A DNA stretch of 63,489 bases, the filler included, from Octopus bimaculoides (taxonomy: Eukaryota): NCBI RefSeq assembly GCF_001194135.2. It is 4 parts of 4 records of this genome, joined end to end, with 100 filler letters (N's around TTAATTAATTAA, not from the genome) between each part and the next. Parts side by side here need not be neighbours in the genome. Positions count along the whole stretch, not along the records: positions 1 to 26,695 come from NC_069010.1; 3 more parts are not named here. One strand, given 5' to 3'. The position numbers were made by a program, and so were the translations under genes. This document shows, one piece after another, positions 1 to 10,069 of this stretch. Within the stretch, counting starts at the first letter, position 1, and each line of letters begins with the position of its first letter. The notes under the pieces were generated by a model. It was not told where the DNA came from. It saw only the letters and a list, made by a program, of their open reading frames with translations, and did not search any database.

Positions 1-177
1 TCATAACTTTCAGAAAAATGAATTTTTTCCCCCACCCCCATTCCAAAAAACTTTCACCAGAAATTTTTGTATATTCTGATTCTACATAGTTAATACTATA
101 TGCGTAGAAAATTTCATTAAAAAAAATTCATTTTTCTGAAAGTTATGACTTCTCAAAGTCTGGGGGGTAAAACCCTG
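1..177. mobile_element. Palindromic Tc1/mariner-type MITE, cut by the window edge
   Basis: Perfect 28-bp inverted repeat TCATAACTTTCAGAAAAATGAATTTTTT (1-28) / 121-148; right end ACCCTG followed by TA (178-179), the same terminus type as the MITE at 4693. Confidence 0.6.
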
Positions 178-611
178 TAGTTATGCCGATAGAATTTTGT
201 CTTTAAAGAAGCGACAAAAGAGTTGCCCCTCAGAAATGCCATCAGGTATCTCCTTGTGTCCAGTATTTTCCTGAAAATCAACCAGCCATAGATGATAGTA
301 TCTGCTCGGTTACATCATTCTCTGCATTACTATAAACATCATGACCGTTCCTTCTGACCATTTCACCACTGATATGTACCTGAGTAAATTATCATTGTGT
401 TAGCTACTTTCTGAACAAGTCATCCGTAGATTTCTACCGAAGCAGCAAACAGGCAATGAAGGCAAATGAAGCCCTCACCAGAAAACTTGTTATGCTAAAA
501 ATAACAGCTAATATTATTATCATGTATATGCCAATATATATATATGTGTGTGTGTATGTATATATATGTATATATATTAATATATGTATTTATTTATTTA
601 TTTATGGGTTT

Positions 612-741
612 CAGCCAAGTGGCTGTGGTNNNNNNNNNNNNNNNNNNNNNNNNNNNNNNNNNNNNNNNNNNNNNNNNNNNNNNNNNNNNNNNNNNNNNNN
701 NNNNNNNNNNNNNNNNNNNNNNNNNNNNNTGTGTGTGTGTG

Positions 742-774
<33 letters not shown>

Positions 775-991
775 TTGTGCATATATTTGTGTGTCTGTGT
801 TTGTCCCCCTGCCATCGCTTGACAACTGATGCTGGTGTGTTTATGCCCCCGTAACTTAGTGGTTCAGCAAAAGAGACCGATAGAATAAGAACTAGGTTTA
901 CAAAGAATTAAGTCCTGGGGTCAATTTCTTCGACTAACACCCTTTAGGGTGGTGCTCCAGCATGGCTACGCTGAAACAAGTAAAAGAATAA
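612..991 (+). mobile_element. SINE family A (internal TA/TG microsatellite, 3' ...CTGAAACAAGTAAAAGA), partly in gap
   Basis: Matches copies at 24061-24945, 55129-55538 and 17200-17410 (GACAACCGATGCTGGTGTGTTTA...GATAGAATAAG...GCTCCAGCATGG). Confidence 0.8.
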
Positions 992-1086
992 TTGTTTTGT
1001 CTCTAAAGTCTGAAAAGTTGTGAATTGTATAGTAGTTTGTTGTGTATGATTTAGTACAAGTCTGGCCTATATTTCTTTGCTCACAG

Positions 1087-1180
1087 CGAACCCCGTACCT
1101 GCTCTCCAGATTATCAAAGGATTTGCATTCCAGGCCATCGCCAATGCTTTGGTCTCTGTCGACTCATTTTTCTTACTGAG
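1087..1180 (+). CDS. NRF-6-like exon A ([32 protein letters not shown])
   Basis: TCACAG| acceptor, |GTAAGC donor, phase 2 end; SVDSFF motif. Confidence 0.9.
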
Positions 1181-1725
1181 GTAAGCAGAAAACTGTCATC
1201 ACCACCACCACCACCACCGCTACCATCGTCATCATCTCATCTTTATTGTTCTTGGCTTTTCTGTCATCAGCATAATTATCATAATAATCAACACCACTAC
1301 CACCTTTGCTATCATTGCCACCAACACCACCACCACCACCACTACCACTATCGCCACTACTAGCACTACCATCATCATTATCATTTAATATTTTTTGAGA
1401 TTTTAATGTGTGTGTGTGTGGTTGTGTGTGTGAGTGTGTGTATGTAGTTGTGTGTGAGTATGATAGGCTGTGTGTGTGTGTGTGTGTTAGACTTGTCTGT
1501 TTGTACAACACCTACCTCCCACCACAACCGTCCCCCACCTCTGCCTCCCACCACACGCTTCTCTGTCCCACCTCTCTCTCTCTACCACTTTCTTTCTCTT
1601 TATCCTCTTCCCTAACCTTCCCTCTACAACAACTTTCTATCAACTACCTCCCACTACTCCCTTCTCCATCGTTTTCCATCCCATTCTACCCTTCTCTGTC
1701 ACCTACCTATTCAACCCCACCTACC

Positions 1726-1758
<33 letters not shown>

Positions 1759-1925
1759 TATACTCACTGTCTTTCATTCTCCCTTTACAGTGGTCTCCTA
1801 GTCTCTTACAGTACCCTAAGGGCCATGAAAGCCAATGGTGGCAAGATGAACTGGGTCTACTTCTACATCCATCGATTCTGGCGGTAAGTATCTCCCACAC
1901 CATAAGACCCTCCTGCTCTGTACAC

Positions 1926-1959
<34 letters not shown>

Positions 1960-3035
1960 GAGTGAGAGAGCAGTGCATGCCATCAAAGTGACACTGGGGT
2001 AAAATATTCAATCCCAGTATACCCACTATGACTACCCATCTGATAAGGTTACACCAGGCACATGCATCACAACCATATGTACGCCACATGGTCATCGCAT
2101 ATCAAGGTAAACAGCGCATGACCTTGCAGGTGGGGCCCAGTTAGAATTTTCTTCAGGTCGAGTAGCCCATCCAGCTCAAAAGGTCCCTGAATAAGGTTTG
2201 TCTAAAGATGTTGAGCCATGTTTCCAAAGGTGAATTACTCAAACCCCAAAGAATTCCTCTCAACACATGGCTATGATTCTCCCCCACTACTTCTGCTCAT
2301 GATCAGAGATGCACATATCATCAGCTACTAAGGGACATGCTCAACTGGTTAAGGTCAAACAACTGATGATCAAATCTGTGGTATTGAGCAGAATATTTGC
2401 TGTAGCCCATCTTTTTGTACCAAGACAAAACAATGTACATGATAACACTTCCAATCAGTTAAGATCAGAAGCCATGAGAGCCATTGCCTGGTATCGCATC
2501 AGGACATTAGCAAATCTGTGGTATTGNNNNNNNNNNNNNNNNNNNNNNNNNNNNNNNNNNNNNNNNNNNNNNNNNNNNNNNNNNNNNNNNNNNNNNNNNN
2601 NNNNNNNNNNNNNNNNNNNNNNNNNNNNNNNNNNNNNNNNNNNNNNNNNNNNNNNNNNNNNNNNNNNNNNNNNNNNNNNNNNNNNNNNNNNNNNNNNNNN
2701 NNNNNNNNNNNNNNNNNNNNNNNNNNNNNNNNNNNNNNNNNNNNNNNNNNNNNNNNNNNNNNNNNNNNNNNNNNNNNNNNNNNNNNNNNNNNNNNNNNNN
2801 NNNNNNNNNNNNNNNNNNNNNNNNNNNNNNNNNNNNNNNNNNNNNNNNNNNNNNNNNNNNNNNNNNNNNNNNNNNNNNNNNNNNNNNNNNNNNNNNNNNN
2901 NNNNNNNNNNNNNNNNNNNNNNNNNNNNNNNNNNNNNNNNNNNNNNNNNNNNNNNNNNNNNNNNNNNNNNNNNNNNNNNNNNNNNNNNNNNNNNNNNNNN
3001 NNNNNNNNNNNNNNNNNNNNNNNNNNNNNNNNNNN

Positions 3036-3072
<37 letters not shown>

Positions 3073-4027
3073 ATTAGAAAATGGAGGATAATATGCTGAA
3101 CCCATATTATCCCCCATTTACTAATTGATATACAAATCTGGGGTAAAAACAACCCCTTTTACCCGCTCCCATTTATTGCACTTGGTATAACACTAGTGTA
3201 GCAATAATTGGGTACCCTCCCAGCAGTATATTGGATAGATACTATCCATTAGTGGGTTGAATCCTCAACCCCTTGGATTTTCATCGATGAGTTCATGAAA
3301 CTTGGTTCTTTTCCCTAAAACTATATATTTATATATATTTTAATCTGTAAAGCTCAATATAATTTTAATTTTTTATTAATTTATTTTAATTGAGTTTTTA
3401 CCTGTAATTTTGGATTTTGTCCCTAATATTATTATATATATATATATATATAATACAATGTTTACAATTGTGTTTAGTATGCAAGTTAAACTGATGTTTT
3501 TTGTCTTTCTTCAGTCTGACCCCGCCTTACATGTTGTTGATGATGCTTTACGTACCATTGTTCCGATACATGGGACACGGCCCCTTCTGGCCACCACAGG
3601 GCATTGAGAAGGACTTCTGCAAAAATTCTTGGTATTACAATCTTTTCTACATCAACAATTTTATGCCTAATGCCTCAAAAAATATGGTAAGTTGATGTCT
3701 ATTTAACCATCATCTCCCCACCACCACCACCATCCTGCCATCCACCCCACAAAAACACTCTAATACCATCTGCCATACCATTCACAAGCTGAACAAGACT
3801 GACTTTGCCGTCTGTCCCTCAAGGTTCGATAAAATAACGTACCAGCCTATCACAGGGGTCGATGTAAATCAAATTATTCTCTACCCTCCGCTTTGCTTAC
3901 CTTCAGCCAAAATCTCCCATTGCTACATTCTGGGTTCAAATTCCACCGAGGTCAACTTTGCCTTCTATCCTTTCAGCGTTGATAAAATTAAGTACCAGTG
4001 ATATGTATATATACATATGTATATGTG

Positions 4028-4114
<87 letters not shown>

Positions 4115-7015
4115 AAGCACTAACAGCACTGCCGAGCGTGTTCATTGCCAGAGCAAACTGTCTGGCTTCCGTGCTAGTGGCTCGTAAATAGCACCATTAG
4201 AGCGTAATCGTTACCAGCGTTGCCTTCTAGCACTTGTGCTGGTGACACATTAGAAAATCACTCGAGCGAGGTCGCTGCCAGTACCGTTGGACTGGCTCCC
4301 GTGCAGGTGGCACGTAAAAAAACACCTTTTTGAGCGTGGCCATTGCCAGTAATGTGTGACTGGCCCTCGTGCCGGTGGCACGTAAAAGCACCCACTACAC
4401 TCTTGGAGTGGTTGGCATTAGGAAGGGCATCCAGCTGTAGAAACTCTGCCAAATCAGATTGGAGCCTGGTGTAGCCATCTGGCTTCACCAGTCCTCAGTC
4501 AAATCGTCCAACCCATGCTAGCATGGAAAGCAGACGTTAAATGATGATGATGATGATGATATATATATGTATATATACATACGTATATGTCTATGTGCAT
4601 ACGTATATGTCTATGTGCATATGTATATGCATATATCTATATGTATATAAATATATATGTATTATACATATGTGTATATACATCTATATATACAGGGTGT
4701 CCATAAAGTCTGGGTACATGAGGATTAACACATACTTTAAGAAATTATTATTTCTTATATTTAATTGTTTATGTTATGATTTTATTTACTCCATGTACCC
4801 AGACCTTGTGGACACCCTGTATATATAAAGATTAGAATGTGTCTGTGAGAACTACACAACCAATTTCATTCAAATTTTACACATGCCTTACCTACGGTCC
4901 AGGTAGTGTTTTGGGCCAAAAACTTTTTTTAACTTGTTGCTCAGTGCGAGCCCAGTGCAATATCACATCTCCTTCACTATTGCAGTATTACGTGTCAAAA
5001 GTGAAACAATAACATCTCTCTAATCTAATATCAGACCCTTTCACTTTAATACCGAAACTATTAAAGTGAAACTATTATCTCACATTCTGTTGTGTCTGGG
5101 GAGAGTCATTTTCTTATCGTGCCTTAAAATTTAACACACTCACACATATCTCACATATATACATTAACTATACAAACACTGGCTGGTAACATATAAAATA
5201 TAAACAGAAGCTAAAACTTATTAAAATATTCTTATTGTTTCTTCAACTTACCGGACAAGGGCTCCTGGCTCCCTTTACTGCAGGCGAAGGAGTAAAAAAC
5301 GAAGATATTTTGACTTGTCCGGGCATTGCTATTACAGACAAATTAACAATTCGACTGGAGAGATAAACACAANNNNNNNNNNNNNNNNNNNNNNNNNNNN
5401 NNNNNNNNNNNNNNNNNNNNNNNNNNNNNNNNNNNNNNNNNNNNNNNNNNNNNNNNNNNNNNNNNNNNNNNNNNNNNNNNNNNNNNNNNNNNNNNNNNNN
5501 NNNNNNNNNNNNNNNNNNNNNNNNNNNNNNNNNNNNNNNNNNNNNNNNNNNNNNNNNNNNNNNNNNNNNNNNNNNNCTTCGTGCTCACTGCAAAACTCCC
5601 GCCATATTACCCAGAAACATACACAAACACACACACACACACGTCCATCATCTTTCAATTTTTGTTCTTTGCAAATAAATTTTTTACGGATACAATTGCT
5701 TACAAAAATAACAATATTTTAATCATTTAGAAATATTTTCAAGTGAATATAATTTCAAAAATATAAGTTCTTTGTACATTAAATATTTATATTTTAACCT
5801 ACTTTAAACAGACAATATTTTAATGTTTTTTACAATTATTTTCAAGTGGATACCATTACATAATTTTTTTTTTTTTTTGGTATATTAGTAAATATACAGT
5901 AAATATTTCGTAAAAGACCCATTCGTAACCTCGGTGTGGAATAACTTTTAAGTGCATTCAACATACCTCGCCGCCACACATTTGGCTGCTATTTCTAGCA
6001 TGCCCTGCTACCACGTAACAGTTATTTGCAAGGAAGGGCCCGAAATACCTGTTATGTGGTAGAAGGGCATGCAAGAAATAACAGCCAAATGTTTCCTTTC
6101 TGGGGAAAGGAACCGTTTATGTGTGATTTCGATGTCACATTCGTTGAAAGCATGCGAAATGACCCGTTGGGTCATGGGTAGTCTAGTTATTATTATTAAA
6201 ATTTGCCTTTCATCCTTTCGGGGTCGATTAAATTAGTATCAGTTACGCACTGGGGTTTATGCAATCGACTTAGTCCCCTCCCCACAAGCTGCCCTTGTGA
6301 AAAAATTTCATATCATTATTATCGGAGAGTATTGTAGTTCGCTTGAAGCATTGTGTATTGTTTGTAAAGAATAAAAAGTTTAGAATGGTACAACAATGCA
6401 CTATAGAACAAAAAATGGACTATATACCTGTTGTAATTTGTTTTATCTATAGTCCGGTGATATTTCGGAATTACAATTCCTTCTTCAGATCTTCTTAGAT
6501 GGAGTCTCTTCTTAGCAGAGACTCCAGCTAAGAAGATATTGTAATTCCGAAATATCATCATCGGACTATAGATAACCAAGTTACAACGGGTATATAGTCC
6601 ATTTTTTGTTCTATATTGCATTGTTGTTCCATTGTAAACTTTTTATTCTTTACAAATTATTATTATTATTATTAAGATTATATAGGACTGAGATAACTCC
6701 TCCAGAAGTTATACAGAAATTTAAAAAAATAGAAGAATGCCATAGGTGCTGAAATACCGTTCAACCAATTTCACACGATAACTATGGCACTCTTCTATTT
6801 TTTATTATTATTATTATTGTTCAGTAGTTTTATTTTAATAACGTGCTTTCACTTCACTACCGAGCGCAGCTCTGTGCGCCTTGGGTATGTGCTGTGGTTT
6901 GCTGTGATGCTCTTATGGTTACTGTATTGAAAGTGTTTTGCGTAGGATGTGTGCTGTGCCCAGTAATTGCAATTTTCTGTATGTTATATATATTTGTAAG
7001 TCCTGGTGTTTTTGA

Positions 7016-7067
<52 letters not shown>

Positions 7068-7568
7068 GTTCAGTAGTTTTATTTTTATAACGTGCTTTCA
7101 CTTCACTACCGAGCGCAGCTCTGTGCGCCTTGGGTATGTGCNNNNNNNNNNNNNNNNNNNNNNNNNNNNNNNNNNNNNNNNNNNNNNNNNNNNNNNNNNN
7201 NNNNNNNNNNNNNNNNNNNNNNNNNNNNNNNNNNNNNNNNNNNNNNNNNNNNNNNNNNNNNNNNNNNNNNNNNNNNNNNNNNNNNNNNNNNNNNNNNNTT
7301 TTATTATTATTATTATTGTTCAGTAGTTTTATTTTAATAACGTGCTTTCACTTCACTACCGAGCGCAGCTCTGTGCGCCTTGGGTATGTGCTGTGGTTTG
7401 CTGTGATGCTCTTATGGTTACTGTATTGAAAGTGTTTTGCGTAGGATGTGTGCAGTGCCCAGTAGTGCAATTTTCTGTATGTTATATATATTTGTAAGTC
7501 CTGGTGTTTTTGTTATGTATTTGTCTGAATATTTTTTTATTATACCTAAGGCACCTACTATGATAGGA

Positions 7569-7600
<32 letters not shown>

Positions 7601-10034
7601 GTTGCAGTGTATGGGCTGGAGCTGGTACTTGGCCAATGACATGCAGTTCTATTGGATCAGCCCACTTATTATTATTCCCCTCTACAAGTAAGTAAGCTCT
7701 CCCTCCCTTGTAACCCCCTCCACACATGCCTTACAGAATTAACAGTGCTGAGAAGCATCAAGGGAGACTGTGGGAGATTCAGCTAGGGAGACAGAACATT
7801 TCTCAGTGATAGGGCCATGCCCTCAAGTTCGTTGTACCCTAGCAGGATCAGGGTGGATTTCACTGCCCTTACATCATTGTCCCCATCCTCATCTGCTTTT
7901 CCATGCTTACCCAGGGTTAATGGAATTCGTTAAAGCAGATTTTCTATGGTGGGACACCCTCCCTGTCACCAACCTATCCTTTGTTTCCATGCCAGGTATT
8001 TTCCCCCCCAAATATTATAGGACTATTAGTGAAGGCACATGGCTCAGTGGTCAGAGTGTTCGGCTCACAATCATGAGGTAGTGAGTTCGATTCCTAAACC
8101 AGGCTGTGTGCTGTGCTCTTGAGCAAGACACTTTATTTCACGTTGCTCCTGTTCACTCAGCTGTAGAAATGAGTTGTGATGTCACTGGTGCTAAGCTGTA
8201 TCGGCCCCTTTGCTTTCCTCTTAGATAACATCGGTGGTGTGGAGAGGGGGAGGCTGGAATGCATGGGCGACTGCTGGACTTATCCCTCTGAAATTAACTT
8301 TCTAATTGCAATCCCATGTCCNNNNNNNNNNNNNNNNNNNNNNNNNNNNNNNNNNNNNNNNNNNNNNNNNNNNNNNNNNNNNNNNNNNNNNNNNNNNNNN
8401 NNNNNNNNNNNNNNNNNNNNNNNNNNNNNNNNNNNNNNNNNNNNNNNNNNNNNNNNNNNNNNNNNNNNNNNNNNNNNNNNNNNNNNNNNNNNNNNNNNNN
8501 NNNNNNNNNNNNNNNNNNNNNNNNNNNNNNNNNNNNNNNNNNNNNNNNNNNNNNNNNNNNNNNNNNNNNNNNNNNNNNNNNNNNNNNNNNNNNNNNNNNN
8601 NNNNNNNNNNNNNNNNNNNNNNNNNNNNNNNNNNNNNNNNNNNNNNNNNNNNNNNNNNNNNNNNNNNNNNNNNNNNNNNNNNNNNNNNNNNNNNNNNNNN
8701 NNNNNNNNNNNNNNNNNNNNNNNNNNNNNNNNNNNNNNNNNNNNNNNNNNNNNNNNNNNNNNNNNNNNNNNNNNNNNNNNNNNNNNNNNNNNNNNNNNNN
8801 NNNNNNNNNNNNNNNNNNNNNNNNNNNNNNNNNNNNNNNNNNNNNNNNNNNNNNNNNNNNNNNNNNNNNNNNNNNNNNNNNNNNNNNNNNNNNNNNNNNN
8901 NNNNNNNNNNNNNNNNNNNNNNNNNNNNNNNNNNNNNNNNNNNNNNNNNNNNNNNNNNNNNNNNNNNNNNAAAAAAAAAAAAAAAAAAAAGGTGATGTGC
9001 ATTTCTCAATGCGTTTTTGATGTTGTCTCTTTCAGATCTGCTAAACTCGGACATCTCGTTGCTCTTCTTCTCCTCGTGGCTCATTTTGCTGTAACTGCTG
9101 TCATAGCAACACTCAATCATAGCTCTATTACATTAGTTTCACAAGACAAGTAAGTAGTGTTTACATTTGGAAATCAAAAGATGTTTGTGTGCGTGTGTGT
9201 GTATAGGTTCGAAATTTCTCCAAGACACCTGATGAAGGCTGGAGGGTATATCAGCCGAAACGTTATGTTAACAACAAACAAGATGAGGACAAATATCCGT
9301 CAATTGTAAATAATGTAAACAATGTAAATAACGTACATAATTCCTCATCTCTTAAATATAGAACTGTATTACCCTAATTCCTGTTCTTACCCTTAAGTTC
9401 TGTTCTGACCCCTAATTGACCTCCAAACTCCTGTTCTGACCTCTAATTCTTGTTTTAAACTCCTAATTCTTGTTAGAACCCACCAACACCACCAATTTCT
9501 GTTTTGTCCCCTAATTCCTGTTTTAACCACTAATTTCTATTCTGAACCTCTAATTGACCTCCTAGCTCTTGTTGTGACTCCTAATTCCTGTTCTGACCCC
9601 CTAATTTATGCTTTGTTCCCTAATTTCTGTCCTGATTTCTGTTTCAGTAATGATGACTTTGACCAAATCTACATCAAGCCCTACACCAGAATCGGCCCCT
9701 ATTTAATAGGGATGCTCTATGGTTACCACCTGTACACAGATAAAACAAAGAAGCTATTAAATGGAGTAAGTACAGCATGAATGCCACCTCTTCGCCGTCC
9801 TCATCATCATCATTTAATGTCTATAATTTATGTTAGCTTGGGTTAAATGGTTTGACTAAGATTTGATGGGGCCCAAAGCTTGTATCATGCTCTAGAGCAG
9901 TAGGGTCTATATGATCCTTTGGGGTCAATATGAGATTTCAAACAAATTTATATGTGTATATATATATATGTATGTGTGTGTGTGTGTGTATATATATATA
10001 TGTATGTATGTATGTGTGTGTATATATATATGTA

Positions 10035-10069
<35 letters not shown>

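Larger units (their letters stand above)
4683..6186 (+). mobile_element. Non-autonomous Helitron
   Basis: 5' A|TCTATATA...TATAAAGATTAGAATGTGTCTGT (once the nested MITE is removed); 3' hairpin GACCC-GTT-GGGTC (6161-6173) followed by CTAG|T (6183-6186); inserted in AT with no TSD; related 3' portion at 31015-31501. Confidence 0.7.
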
